Positions 45,444 through 55,014 of a DNA stretch of 64,000 nucleotides are shown one piece after another. Under the pieces are notes generated by a model. It was not told the origin of the DNA. It searched no databases and saw only the letters and a list, made by a program, of their open reading frames with translations. The position numbers and the translations under genes were made by a program. Positions within the stretch are counted from its first letter, which is position 1, and each line of letters starts with the position of its first letter. The stretch spans positions 1,077,347 to 1,141,346 of the forward strand of contig CAVYVA010000001.1 of assembly GCA_963771835.1 (NCBI GenBank), read 5' to 3'. Origin of the DNA: an uncultured Actinomycetota bacterium. GTDB lineage: Bacteria; Actinomycetota; Actinomycetes; Prado026.

Positions 45444-46294
45444 GACCGGCGCTCCGCGTCCGGCTCAGGTCCGGGCACCGCGGGCGGGCGGGCCCGCCGG
45501 CGCGGGTGCCGGTCGAGGTGGTAGACCACGTGGGCGTCGCCGGTGGTGGCCAGCTCCTCGTGCCGGGGGTCCAGCCTGGTCGGCGGAGCGGGCTCGCCCC
45601 GCAGCTCGGCGACCAGGTCGGTGACCGCGGCCATGATGCGGTCGGTGGCGACCCGGAGCGTCGCCGGTTCGGCGGCCGTGCCGCGCAGGTCGGACAGGTC
45701 GACCGGCGGACCGACCGTGACCTGCATCAACGCCCGCGGGAACAGGTGCGGGCGCTTGGAGTACGGGGCGAGCAGGTCCTGCGGGCCCCAGGCGGCCATC
45801 GGCACGACCGGGCAGCCGGTCGCCAGCGCGATCCGGGCGGCGCCGGTCTTGCCGGCCATCGGCCACAGGTCCGGGTCCCTGGTCAGCGTCCCCTCGGCGT
45901 ACACCACCACGCACTCCCCGCGCTGCACCGCGTCGACCGCGTCACGGAAGGCGTCCCCGGCGTCGCGGGACTCGCGATAGACCGGGATCTGCCGGGCGCC
46001 GCGGAGCACCCGGCGCACGAAGAAGACGTCGAACAGCGACGCCTTGGCCAGGAACCGGGGCAGCCGCCCGTTGTCGTACAGGAAATGGGCCACGATCAGC
46101 GGGTCGACGTGCGAGATGTGGTTCGGGACGACCACGACGCCACCGGTGGCCGGGAGCCGCTCGGTGTGCGTCCAGGAGCGCCGCGTGAAGACGGTCAGCA
46201 CCGGACGGATGACCAGGACCGCGAAGGCGTACCAGGGTTCGGGTCTGCGGCGTGTCACCCGGCGGGACCTCCTCGCTCGCTTGGGTCCCGCCAT
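45440..46294 (-). CDS. plsC: 1-acyl-sn-glycerol-3-phosphate acyltransferase
   Basis: Acyltransferase motifs [12 protein letters not shown] and YAEGTLTRD. Start ATG 46294 (MAGPKRARR...) was chosen over the upstream alternative at 46321. Confidence 0.85.
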   Translation of the reverse strand: MAGPKRARRSRRVTRRRPEPWYAFAVLVIRPVLTVFTRRSWTHTERLPATGGVVVVPNHISHVDPLIVAHFLYDNGRLPRFLAKASLFDVFFVRRVLRGARQIPVYRESRDAGDAFRDAVDAVQRGECVVVYAEGTLTRDPDLWPMAGKTGAARIALATGCPVVPMAAWGPQDLLAPYSKRPHLFPRALMQVTVGPPVDLSDLRGTAAEPATLRVATDRIMAAVTDLVAELRGEPAPPTRLDPRHEELATTGDAHVVYHLDRHPRRRARPPAVPGPEPDAERRS

Positions 46295-46353
46295 CTTGCT
46301 GCCGCCCGAGTCCCGCCGCAAACACCCGCGCGACCAGGGGCCACGATGGGCGC

Positions 46354-47016
46354 ATGAGCCGGTGGACGGTCCTGGTGCCGGTCAAGGACCTGGCGGTCGG
46401 CAAGACCCGGCTGACGCGGTTCGCCGGTCCGGCGAGGCAGGACCTCGCGCTGGCGTTCGCGGTCGACACCGTCGCAGCCGCCCTCGCCGCCGACGGGGTG
46501 GGCGTCGTGCTGGTCGTCACCGACGACGCGCGCGTGGCCGAGCAGGCGCTGACCGTCGGCGCGCAGGTCGTCGCAGACAGCCCGCGGGCGGGACTCAACC
46601 CGGCGCTCGTGCACGGGGCGCAGGTCGCGGCCGGACGCTGGCCCGGCCGCCCGCTCGCGGCCCTGTCGGCCGACCTCCCGGCGCTGCGCCCGGACGAGCT
46701 CGCCTATGCCCTGTTGACCGCGGCGGACCTGCCCGCGGCCTTCGTCGCGGACACCGAGGGCACCGGGACCACGCTGCTGACCGCAGCCAACGGGCACGAG
46801 CTCGACCCCCGCTTCGGGCACCGCAGCCGCGCCCGGCACAGCGCAGCCGGCGCGGTCGAGCTGGTGACCGGACCGCTGGCCTCGGTCCGGCGGGACGTGG
46901 ACACCGAGGTCGACCTGTTCGACGCCGGCCGTCTCGGGCTCGGCGCGCGGACGCGCGCGGTGCTCGCCGACCTCGCCGGCCAGGACGGGGCACCGGGGCC
47001 CGCGCCGCGCGGATAG
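46354..47016 (+). CDS. cofC: 2-phospho-L-lactate (phosphoenolpyruvate) guanylyltransferase CofC/FbiD (F420 biosynthesis)
   Basis: ATG at 46354. WTVLVPVKDLAVGKTRL...LSADLPALRPDEL...DTEGTGTTLL. The position next to gpsA/plsC matches mycobacterial fbiD. Confidence 0.85.
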   Translation: MSRWTVLVPVKDLAVGKTRLTRFAGPARQDLALAFAVDTVAAALAADGVGVVLVVTDDARVAEQALTVGAQVVADSPRAGLNPALVHGAQVAAGRWPGRPLAALSADLPALRPDELAYALLTAADLPAAFVADTEGTGTTLLTAANGHELDPRFGHRSRARHSAAGAVELVTGPLASVRRDVDTEVDLFDAGRLGLGARTRAVLADLAGQDGAPGPAPRG

Positions 47017-47025
47017 CCTGCGACG

Positions 47026-47244
47026 GTGCAGGCGACCGTGCGCACCTTCGACCCCGCGAGCCGGAGCGGTTCGGTCCTCCTGGACGACGGGGTGGAGCTG
47101 CCGTACGACCGCGGCGCGTTCGACGCCGGCGGGCTGCGGCTCGCGCGGGTCGGCCAGCGGGTCCGCATCCGGGTGGACGACGCCGCGGAGCGCGTGACGT
47201 TCCTGACCCTGGCCACACTTCCGGCCGAGCCCGACCCGTCCTGA
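47026..47244 (+). CDS. hypothetical small protein, 72 aa
   Basis: Intact ORF with GC3-rich codons (MQATVRTFDPASRSGSVLLDDGVELPYDRGAFDAGGLRLARVGQRVRIRVDD...). Followed by a strong hairpin. No family recognised. Confidence 0.55.
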   Translation: MQATVRTFDPASRSGSVLLDDGVELPYDRGAFDAGGLRLARVGQRVRIRVDDAAERVTFLTLATLPAEPDPS

Positions 47245-47256
47245 CGGGCGGACGCC

Positions 47257-47291
47257 GACGGCCCGGCACCCCTGTCGGGGACCGGGCCGTC
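47257..47291. terminator. bidirectional terminator-like hairpin between the convergent 72-aa ORF and hupB
   Basis: GACGGCCCGG-n15-CCGGGCCGTC is a perfect 10-bp stem, with an inner CCCC/GGGG pairing possible. It lies 13 nt after the plus-strand stop and 34 nt after the hupB stop. Confidence 0.55.
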
Positions 47292-47324
47292 GGACCGTTC
47301 GCCGGGCGACCGGCGCCGGAGGGC

Positions 47325-47948
47325 CTAGCGGGTGCGGCGGGCCGGGGCCTTCTTGGCCGGAGCCTTCTTCGCCGGGGCGCGCCTGACCGCAGCCTTCTTG
47401 GCGGGCGCGGCCTTGCGGACCGCAGTCTTGCGGGCCGGAGCCTTGCGGGCCGGGGCCTTGCGGGCCGGAGCCTTCTTGGCCGGAGCGGCCTTCTTGACCA
47501 CGGCGCGCTTGGCGGGTGCCGCCTTCCTGGCGGTCGCACGCTTGGCCGGAGCCCGCTTCACGGGAGCCTTCTTCGCCGCTGCCCGGCGGGCGGGTGCCGC
47601 CTTCTTCGCGGCAGCCCTGGCCGGAGCCGCGGCCTTCGCCGGAGCGGCCGGAGCCGCCTTGGTGAGCTTCTTGGCACCGCTGACGAACGCCTTCAGCTCC
47701 GCCCCGGGGCGGAACTTCGGAACCGAGGTCTTGCGGACCTTGACCGTGGCCCCGGTGCGCGGGTTGCGGGCAGTGCGCGCGCCACGCTCCACCTTCTCGA
47801 AGATGCCGAAGCCCGTGATCGCCACCTTCTCCCCGGCCACGACGGTGCGCGTGATGGTGTCCAGAACCGCGTCGATCGCGACCTGGGCCTCCCTCTTGCC
47901 GACGCCGAGCCGGTCGGCGAGAGCGTCGATGAGCTCGCTCTTGTTCAC
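47325..47948 (-). CDS. hupB: HU family nucleoid protein with long Lys/Ala/Pro-rich C-terminal tail (HupB/Hlp type)
   Basis: GTG at 47948. The HU fold reads MNKSELIDALADRLG...GFGIFEKVERGARTARNPRTGATV. A ~115-aa AKKAAPA-type repeat tail follows. Confidence 0.93.
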   Translation of the reverse strand: MNKSELIDALADRLGVGKREAQVAIDAVLDTITRTVVAGEKVAITGFGIFEKVERGARTARNPRTGATVKVRKTSVPKFRPGAELKAFVSGAKKLTKAAPAAPAKAAAPARAAAKKAAPARRAAAKKAPVKRAPAKRATARKAAPAKRAVVKKAAPAKKAPARKAPARKAPARKTAVRKAAPAKKAAVRRAPAKKAPAKKAPARRTR

Positions 47949-48105
47949 TACTTCTCCTAGGGAATGTCCACGTCGAGCCGATGCCCGACCGGGGGAACGC
48001 TATGACCAAACACGCTCCGGAGACAAACACCGGCGCGGCGGAACGTCCTTGTGTCGCAAGGGGTTTGTGGGTCACGGGTCTGCCACGGACACCCCTGCGC
48101 GTCGG

Positions 48106-48711
48106 TCAGTCGACAGCCAGGACCGGTGATGTCGTGGGCAGCCAGCCCGGACGGCCCTCCTCGAAGGCGGTCACCTCGTCGACGTGCCGGAGCGTGAGTC
48201 CGATGTCGTCCAGCCCTTCCATCAGGCGCCACCGGGTGTAGTCGTCGATGTCGAACGGCTCCGTGCCGCCGGCCCAGCGCACCTCGCGCGAGCGCAGGTC
48301 GACGGTCAGCTCGGTGCCGGGATCGGCTTCGACGGCCGACCAGATGCGCTCGATGACGTCCTGCCCCAGCTCGACGGTGAGCAGCCCGCCCTTGGCGCTG
48401 TTCCCCTTGAAGATGTCGCCGAACCTGGGCGACAGGACCACGCGGAAGCCGTAGTCCAGCAGCGCCCACACCGCGTGCTCGCGGGACGAGCCGGTGCCGA
48501 AGTCGGCGCCGGCGACCAGGACGGTCGCGCCTGCCCTGGCCGGGTCGTTGAGCACGAAGCCGGGATCCTGGCGCCAGGCCGCGAACAGGCCGTCCTCGAA
48601 CCCGGTGCGGGTGACCCGCTTGAGGTAGACCGCGGGGATGATCTGGTCGGTGTCGACGTTGGCCCGCCGCAGCGGCAGCGCCCGACCGGTGTGCACGACG
48701 ATGGGTTCCAT
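48106..48711 (-). CDS. leuD: 3-isopropylmalate dehydratase small subunit
   Basis: ATG at 48711 overlaps the leuC stop (ATGA). [16 protein letters not shown]...[17 protein letters not shown]. Confidence 0.95.
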   Translation of the reverse strand: MEPIVVHTGRALPLRRANVDTDQIIPAVYLKRVTRTGFEDGLFAAWRQDPGFVLNDPARAGATVLVAGADFGTGSSREHAVWALLDYGFRVVLSPRFGDIFKGNSAKGGLLTVELGQDVIERIWSAVEADPGTELTVDLRSREVRWAGGTEPFDIDDYTRWRLMEGLDDIGLTLRHVDEVTAFEEGRPGWLPTTSPVLAVD

Positions 48712-50141
48712 CAGCTCGCCCTCCGCTGCGACCCGGCGACCGGCGGCAGGTCCGTGGGGGCGGCCAGCCGGCCGACCACCGCCGTGGCGGCCGCGACCGG
48801 CGGTGAGACCAGGTGGGTGCGACCACCCTTGCCCTGCCGACCCTCGAAGTTGCGGTTGGACGTGGAGGCGCTGCGCTCGCCAGGCGCGAGCTGGTCGGGG
48901 TTCATGCCCAGGCACATCGAGCAGCCGGCCCCGCGCCACTGCGCGCCCGCGGCGATGAAGACCTGGTCCAGGCCCTCGGCCTCGGCCGCGAGCCGGACGC
49001 GTACCGACCCCGGCACCACGAGCATGCGCACCCCGTCGGCCACCCGGCGCCCGGACAGGACGGCGGCGGCGGCGCGCAGGTCCTCGATGCGGCCGTTGGT
49101 GCAGGAGCCGAGGAACACGGTGTCCACCGCGATCTCGCGCAGCGGCGTGCCCGCGGTGAGCCCCATGTACGCGAGCGCACCCTCGGCCGAGGTGCGCTCG
49201 GACTCGTCCTCGAACGACGCCGGGTCGGGCACCGACGCCGTCAGCGGCAGCCCCTGCCCGGGGTTGGTTCCCCAGGTGACGAACGGCGCCAGGTCGGCCG
49301 CTTCGATGACGACCTCGCGGTCGAACACCGCGTCGTCGTCGGTGGTGAGCGTGCGCCAGTACTCGACGGCCTCGTCCCACTCGGCCCCCTGCGGTGCGTG
49401 CGGACGGCCGCGCAGGAACTCGAACGTCGTCTCGTCCGGGGCGATCATGCCGGCCCGTGCCCCGGCCTCGATCGACATGTTGCACACGGTCATCCGCGCT
49501 TCCATCGACAGCGCCCGCACGGCCTCGCCGCGGTACTCGATCACGTGGCCCTGCCCGCCACCGGTCCCGATCCTGGCGATCACCGCGAGGATCAGGTCCT
49601 TGGCCGTGACACCGTCGGGAAGCCGGCCCTCGACCGTCACCGCCATGGTCCGGAACGGTCGCAGCGGCAGGGTCTGGGTGGCGAGCACGTGCTCGACCTC
49701 GCTGGTGCCGATGCCGAAGGCCAGCGCGCCGAACGCGCCGTGGGTGCTCGTGTGCGAGTCACCGCAGACCACCGTCATCCCCGGCTGGGTGAGACCGAGC
49801 TGCGGGCCCACCACGTGCACGATGCCCTGCTCGACGTCGCCGAGCGGGTGCAGCCGTACGCCGAACTCCGCGCAGTTGCGGCGCAGCGTCTCGATCTGCT
49901 CGCGGCTGACCGGGTCGGCGATGGGCTTGTCCAGGTCCGTGGTCGGGATGTTGTGGTCCTCGGTGGCCAGCGTGAGATCCGTGCGCCGGACCCGGCGGCC
50001 GGCTGCGCGCAGACCGTCGAACGCCTGCGGGCTGGTGACCTCGTGCAGGAGATGCAGGTCGATGTAGAGCAGGTCGGGTTCGCCGTCGGCCCGTCGCACG
50101 ACGTGCGCGTCCCACACCTTCTCCGCCAACGTGCGTCCCAT
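48711..50141 (-). CDS. leuC: 3-isopropylmalate dehydratase large subunit
   Basis: ATG at 50141. [15 protein letters not shown]...[14 protein letters not shown]...[23 protein letters not shown]...[10 protein letters not shown]. Confidence 0.95.
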   Translation of the reverse strand: MGRTLAEKVWDAHVVRRADGEPDLLYIDLHLLHEVTSPQAFDGLRAAGRRVRRTDLTLATEDHNIPTTDLDKPIADPVSREQIETLRRNCAEFGVRLHPLGDVEQGIVHVVGPQLGLTQPGMTVVCGDSHTSTHGAFGALAFGIGTSEVEHVLATQTLPLRPFRTMAVTVEGRLPDGVTAKDLILAVIARIGTGGGQGHVIEYRGEAVRALSMEARMTVCNMSIEAGARAGMIAPDETTFEFLRGRPHAPQGAEWDEAVEYWRTLTTDDDAVFDREVVIEAADLAPFVTWGTNPGQGLPLTASVPDPASFEDESERTSAEGALAYMGLTAGTPLREIAVDTVFLGSCTNGRIEDLRAAAAVLSGRRVADGVRMLVVPGSVRVRLAAEAEGLDQVFIAAGAQWRGAGCSMCLGMNPDQLAPGERSASTSNRNFEGRQGKGGRTHLVSPPVAAATAVVGRLAAPTDLPPVAGSQRRAS

Positions 50142-50218
50142 CCGGGGCCTCCTGCTTGCCGGTGCCCGAGCGTGTCGGGATTGCAGGGAAGACTCTCCGC
50201 GCTGCACCGTTTCTTCGC

Positions 50219-50247
50219 ACTAGCGTCTCGTATGTCGAGACGCTAGT
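50219..50247. promoter_or_regulatory. perfect 12-bp inverted repeat ACTAGCGTCTCG-n5-CGAGACGCTAGT in the leuC / IclR-regulator divergent region; candidate operator
   Basis: Read directly from the sequence. It ends 8 nt before the regulator ATG (50256) and lies 78-106 nt upstream of the leuC ATG (50141). Confidence 0.55.
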
Positions 50248-50255
50248 ATCGCCAC

Positions 50256-50975
50256 ATGGACCACTCCACCAGCGGCGTCGGCGTCCTGGACAAGGCAGCG
50301 CTGGTGCTCGGGGCCCTCGAACCGGGCCCGCAGACCCTCGCCGGGCTGGTCCAGGCGACCGGGCTCGCGCGACCCACCGCGCACCGGCTGGCGGTCGCGC
50401 TCGAGTACCACCGCCTGGTCGGCCGCGACCTGCAGGGCCGGTTCGTCCTGGGCCCCCGCCTGGCCGAGCTCGCCGCCGCGGCCGGCGAGGACCGGCTGCT
50501 CGCGGCCGCGGGGCCGGTGCTGGCCTGGCTGCTCGAGACGACCGGCGAGAGCGCCCAGCTGTACCGGCGGCAGGGCGACGAGCGCATCTGCGTGGCCGCG
50601 GCCGAACGGCTGCACGGTCTGCGGGACAGCGTGCCGATCGGCAGCGTGCTCTCGATGCACGCCGGGTCCGCGGCCCAGATCCTGCTCGCCTGGGAGGAGC
50701 CGGACCGGCTGCACCGCGGCCTGATGGGCGCCCGCTTCACCGCGACCATGCTCGCGGGCGTACGGAGGCGGGGCTGGGCGCAGAGCGTCGGCGAGCGCGA
50801 GCCCGGCGTGGCCTCGGTGTCCGCGCCGGTGCGCGGCCCGTCCGGACGGGTGGTGGCGGCCGTGTCGGTGTCCGGCCCGCTGGAACGCCTGACCCGCTCC
50901 CCCGGACGCATGCACGCCCCCGCGGTGATCGCGGCCGGCCAGCGGCTGACCGAAGGACTGCAGAAGGCGACGTGA
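50256..50975 (+). CDS. IclR family transcriptional regulator divergent from leuCD (LtbR-like position)
   Basis: Intact 239 aa. HTH is LAGLVQATGLARPTAHRLAVALEYHRLV, followed by an IclR effector domain. The arrangement matches mycobacterial Rv2989 and corynebacterial ltbR. Confidence 0.85.
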   Translation: MDHSTSGVGVLDKAALVLGALEPGPQTLAGLVQATGLARPTAHRLAVALEYHRLVGRDLQGRFVLGPRLAELAAAAGEDRLLAAAGPVLAWLLETTGESAQLYRRQGDERICVAAAERLHGLRDSVPIGSVLSMHAGSAAQILLAWEEPDRLHRGLMGARFTATMLAGVRRRGWAQSVGEREPGVASVSAPVRGPSGRVVAAVSVSGPLERLTRSPGRMHAPAVIAAGQRLTEGLQKAT

Positions 50976-50993
50976 CCGCTCGACCCGCGCCGC

Positions 50994-51772
50994 TCAGCGC
51001 GTACAGGTGGCGGATCCGCACCGACAGGCAGGTGACGCAGCCCTCCAGCTTCTCGAACTCGCCGATGTCGACCGGCACCGGCGTGTAGCCGAGGTCGGCG
51101 AGCAGCTCGGCGGTTCGCGGGGCGGCGGACGACAGCAGCAGGCGGTCGCCGCCGAGCAGGACGACGTGCGAGCCGGGCTCCTCGGGCACGGGCACGAAGC
51201 GCGGGTAGACGGCCGCATCGTCGACGAGCGGCGGGTACCCGATCACCGACCCGTCCGGCAGCGCGGTCACCGCGCTCTTGAGGTGCAGGACCTTGGTGAC
51301 GGGGACCGCCACGACGCTGGCCCCCAACGGCTCGAGGATCGCGCGCAGCTGGCGGACGCCCTCGGCGTTGGTCCGGCCACCGCGTCCGACGTAGACGGTG
51401 TCGCCGACCTTGAGCACGTCCCCGCCGTCCAGAGTCCCCGGCGCGCGGACGGCGTTGACCGAGCAGCCCAGGGCGGTGACCACCTTCTCGACCTCGACCG
51501 TCTCGGGCTTGCGCTGGTCCGCGCCGGGCCGGCTCACCACCGCGACGTTGCGGAACATGACGACCGTGTCCTCGACGAACGCCGAGTCCGGGCAGTCGAC
51601 GGCCGGCGGCACCTCGATGGTCGTCCAGCCGTGTCTCACGCAGCGCCCGGACGTAGCCTTCCCACTGCTCGAGAGCCAAGCCGAAGTCCACCGGCCTGCG
51701 CTCGAGGTGCGTGAGCAGGCCCTCGGCGAGCCGAGGGCTGGGGCGGCGGACGAGCGCCTGCATGCTGGACAT
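50994..51772 (-). pseudogene. dimethylarginine dimethylaminohydrolase-like (amidinotransferase superfamily) enzyme; frame broken near the 5' end and probably at the stop
   Basis: MSSMQALVRRPSPRLAEGLLTHLERRPVDFGLALEQWEGYVRALRE (frame of 50243..51772) continues as GWTTIEVPPAVDCPDSAFVEDT...GGDVLKVGDTVYVGRGGRTN...EGCVTCLSVRIR (frame of 50737..51825). The frame switch is at ~51635. That frame then runs 240 nt into the convergent regulator gene. A TGA at 50996..50994 is reachable by removing one base. Confidence 0.75.
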
Positions 51773-51836
51773 GCCCCGGATCGTTCCACCTGCACAGTCC
51801 TGTTCGCACGGTCCCGTCGTCGCACGGTCCGGTCGG

Positions 51837-52462
51837 TCAGCCGGCCGGGTCCAGGTGCTCGCGGGCCCAGAGCGCGGCGCTGGTGCGGTCGCCGACCCCG
51901 ATCTGCCGGAACACCCGGCCCAGGTGCGCCTTGACGGTCCGCTCGCTGATGCCCAGCGCCCGGCCGATCTGCTTGTTCGCCAGGCCTTGCGCGACCAGCT
52001 CGAGAACCTCCCGCTCGCGCCCGCTCAGCCCGTCCGACACCGACGGGCCGGCCGTGGACGGAAGCAGGGCGCGGGCGACGCGGGGGTCGAGCGGGGCGTG
52101 GCCCTCGGCCGCGGCCCGGACCGAGGCCACCAGGTCGCGGGGGTCGCAGTCCTTGAGCAGGTAGCCGACGGCGCCGGCCGCGAGCGCCTCGGCCACCCGT
52201 GGCTGGTCCGAGAACGAGGTCAGCACGACCACGGCACAGTCCGGCTGCTGCCGCAGGACTCCCTGGTCGCCGCGACGCCGTCCATCACGGGCATGGACAG
52301 GTCCATCAGCACCACGTCGGGGTGCAGCTCGGCGGCAAGCTCGACGGCCCGCCGTCCGTCCGCCGCCTGTCCGACGACGCGCAGGTCGTCGGTGCCGTCC
52401 AGCAGCGCCGCAAGACCGGCGCGGACGAGCTGGTGGTCGTCGGCCAGGAGCACGTCGATCAC
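51837..52462 (-). pseudogene. NarL/LuxR family response regulator; one frameshift
   Basis: GTG at 52462 (GTGA overlap with the kinase stop). The REC domain is VIDVLLADDHQLVRAGL...VVLMDLSMPVMDGVAAT. It is followed by ...PDCAVVVLTSFSD and the HTH LSGREREVLELVAQGLANKQIGRALGISERTVKAH in ORF 51837..52232. The frame switch is at ~52265. Confidence 0.88.
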
Positions 52463-53753
52463 GGCCGCGTCACCACCAGCCGCCAGCGGGTGCCGGCGCC
52501 GGGCGCCGACGCGACCTGGAGCACGGCCCCGGCGCGGTCGGCGAGGTCTCGGACGACGCGCAGGCCGAGGTGGCCCTCGGGCGGGCTCGCCAGCGTCGCG
52601 GGTACGTCGAAGCCGACGCCGTCGTCCTGCACCGACAACGTGACCGTTTCCTCGGTCACCGCCAGGGAGACGTCGACGTGCTCGGCGGACGAGTGCCGCG
52701 CGGCGTTGCGCAGGCGACTCCTGGGCCACCCGGTACACCAGCCGCTCGCCGTCCTCGTCCAGCCAGGTGCGGCCGTCCGCGGGCAGGTCCAGCCGCACCG
52801 TCGATGTCCCGGGTCCGCATCGTGCCGGCCAGGTCGGTCAGCGCCGCGACCAGCCCGGACGAGCGCAGGCTCGGCGGGTAGATGTCGACCAGCAGCGACC
52901 GCAGCCCGCCGATGGACCCGCGCACGGCGGCCGCGGCCGTGCCCAGGGTCCCGGCCAGCTCGCCGCGGCCGTCGGCCTCGGCCCGGTCGGCCGCTCCCGT
53001 GACCGCGAACGATGCGGCGGCGAGCTCCTGGACGACGCCGTCGTGCAGGGTCGCGGCGATCCGGCGCCGCTCGTCGGCCGAGGCGTCGACCGCATGCTCG
53101 AGCAGCGCGACCCGCTGGGCCTGGGCGGTCTGCACCCGGTCCAGCAGCCGCCACAGGATCGGCAGCATCAGCGCGACGAGCAGCAGCAGGCTGGTCATGG
53201 TGATGCCGGCGAAGCCGCGCCACAGCTGGCTCGTGCGGGTGGTCACGGTGTCGTACGGCAGATAGGTCTCGAACAGCAGCGGCCGGCCGCTCGGAGTCCA
53301 GACCGGACGGTAGACCTCGAGCAGCTTCCCGCGGCCCTGCTCGTACTTGTTCTCCGGGCGGTCAGGTCGCTGACCTCGGCGTGCGTGGTCGGGTTCTCGA
53401 GCACCTGACGCTCCTCCTCGCCGAGCGCGAACGTGGCGCCGATGATGCGCGGCTCGTCGGAGTACAGGATCCGCCCGTCCGGGGTCCAGATCTTGACCCG
53501 GACGACGGCGTCGCCGAGCACGCGGGTGCGGACCGCGTCGTCCAGCCGGGCGAGGGCGGCGGGCGACCCGGTCAGCAGGGCGTCCTCGAGGGCGGGCTGC
53601 ACGGCCGAGGCGGCGAGCAGGTCGGTGGTCTGCGCAGCGTCGTTGACGGCCTCCCGCTCGGCGACCTTGCGGCTGGCGACAGCGCCGGCGACGGCGACGA
53701 CGACGAGCGACCGCGGCCATGGCCGCGACCACCTGCGCGAAGATCCGCCGCAT
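52459..53753 (-). pseudogene. sensor histidine kinase (HisKA_3/DesK-NarX type) with extracytoplasmic sensor domain; frame broken four times
   Basis: ATG at 53753 opens MRRIFAQVVAAMAAVA (TM1). The sensor domain is RKVAEREAVNDAAQ...VRVKIWTPDGRILYSDEPRIIGATF... and then ...RPENKYEQGRGKLLEVYRPVWTPSG. TM2 follows, then the H-box ERRRIAATLHDGVVQEL and the ATPase LSVQDDGVGFDV...GHLGLRVV. Frame switches are at ~53705, ~53362, ~52800 and ~52718. Confidence 0.85.
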
Positions 53754-53889
53754 CCGGACCGGGCGGTCGGCCGGCCCGGGACGCCGGCCGACGCCGGACA
53801 CGGTGACCCAGGGCGGGACGCCGGTCGTGCGGCGGCACCGCGGGGACCGGTGCGGTCCGCGCGGTGCCGCCGCCCGGAGGTGTCCGCTG

Positions 53890-54298
53890 TCACTGGTGCG
53901 CGGCGCCGTCGTCCCCGCCGTGCTTGCCGCTCCCGGCGCTCGGCCGCTCTGGCCGCCGTTGTCGTCGCCCGGCTCGGCGTGCGTGGTCGCGCCGCCGTTG
54001 TCGTCGCCGGCTCGGCGTGCGTGGTCGCGCCGCCGTTGTCGTCGCCGGGCTCGGCGTGCGTGGTCGCGCCGCCGTTGTCGTCGCCGGGCTCGGCGTGCTT
54101 GGTCGCGCCGCCGTTGTCGTCGCCGGGCTCGACGTGCTTGGTCTGCCCGCCGTTGTCGTCGGCGGCCTGGGCCGCAGCCACCTGGGCGGGGACCCGCACC
54201 GGGACGCTCTGGGCGAAGGATGCGTTGCCGGCCAGGCCGGTGATCGCCGGGACGGCGGCGGCGACGGCCGCCGCGGTGAAGATGAGCAGTCGCTTCAT
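53890..54298 (-). pseudogene. secreted tandem-repeat protein, about six copies of GDDNGG(A/Q)T(K/T)H(A/V)EP; frame broken in the repeats
   Basis: ATG at 54298 opens the signal peptide MKRLLIFTAAAVAAAVPAITGLAGNASFA. The repeats read ...DDNGGQTKHVEP GDDNGGATKHAEP GDDNGGATTHAEP GDDNGGATTHAEP, then (other frame) GDDNGGATTHAEP GDDNGGQ.... The plausible end ...SAGSGKHGGDDGAAHQ*, with stop 53892..53890, is in the third frame. No family recognised. Confidence 0.7.
53952..54162. repeat. 39-bp tandem repeat array (about 5.4 units) encoding the 13-aa repeats; unit 2 is 38 bp
   Basis: Units are 53952-53990, 53991-54028 (38 nt, reading GCCGG where its siblings have GCCGGG/GCCCGG), 54029-54067, 54068-54106 and 54107-54145, plus a partial unit. 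Confidence 0.85.
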
Positions 54299-54453
54299 GG
54301 GGTGCTCCTCGATCGTTGGGTTCGACTGCTCTCCATTGGCGGGGACGGCTGGTCTCGTCCGCCATCGGACCTTGGCACTAGTACCACGTACCCGGACCGG
54401 GCGGAGTTCACCGCGTCGGCCCGGGACGGCCCGACGCACCCGGTGACGGGGCG

Positions 54454-55014
54454 CTACGCGCAGCGGGCCGAGGCGCCCAGACGCCGGTAGCGCACCTGGT
54501 GCCCGTCCGGCCAGGTCAGGACGAACGACGCGACCGCCCGGACCCGGGTGCCAGGCCGACAAATCTGCACGCGCGAGCGCTGGGCGTCGGCCCGGTTGCG
54601 CTGCGGCGCGGAGGGCTTGGCCGGGGTGACGTACACCCAGTGACCCCGGCCGCGGTACTCGGCGACCTTGAGCACCGCGCGCACCCAGTACGCCCGGCCG
54701 GCGGGACAGGCCAGGCTCGGGCCGGTCGCGTAGACCGTTGCGCCGACGATGTGCACGCGGGTGGCCCCGAGCGTCGCGCACCCGGACGGCAGCGGCCCGC
54801 GCGGAACCTTGTCCCAGCGGACAGCCGGCAGCTTCGGTCCTACCGGCGTCGCGGGCCCGGAGGCGGTGGGACTCGGCGAGGCGGTCGTGGGGGCCGGCAG
54901 GGCCGACGAGGCGGTGGGTGAAGGCGACCGCCTGGGCGGGTCGCCGGTGCATCCGGTCAGCCCCAGGAGCGATCCAAGAACGACCACAGCACACAGCGCA
55001 CGGACACGTCGCAC
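54454..55014 (-). CDS. hypothetical lipoprotein
   Basis: GTG at 55014. Signal peptide plus lipobox VRRVRALCAVVVLGSLLGLTGC, then a Pro/Ser/Thr-rich linker and a ~110-aa Cys-containing domain. No family recognised. The longer ORF to 55116 is less likely. Confidence 0.65.
   Translation of the reverse strand: MRRVRALCAVVVLGSLLGLTGCTGDPPRRSPSPTASSALPAPTTASPSPTASGPATPVGPKLPAVRWDKVPRGPLPSGCATLGATRVHIVGATVYATGPSLACPAGRAYWVRAVLKVAEYRGRGHWVYVTPAKPSAPQRNRADAQRSRVQICRPGTRVRAVASFVLTWPDGHQVRYRRLGASARCA

Noticed and set aside
47325-47650. Highly repetitive DNA (gccggagccttcttggc-type units) as a non-coding repeat or mobile element.
   Set aside because: It is the coding sequence of the Lys/Ala/Pro-rich C-terminal tail of the HupB/Hlp-type HU protein, in frame with the N-terminal HU fold.
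53952-54162. The regular 39-bp repeats as a possible CRISPR array.
   Set aside because: The units abut with no spacers and are in phase with a coding frame that gives 13-aa protein repeats behind a signal peptide. No cas genes are nearby.
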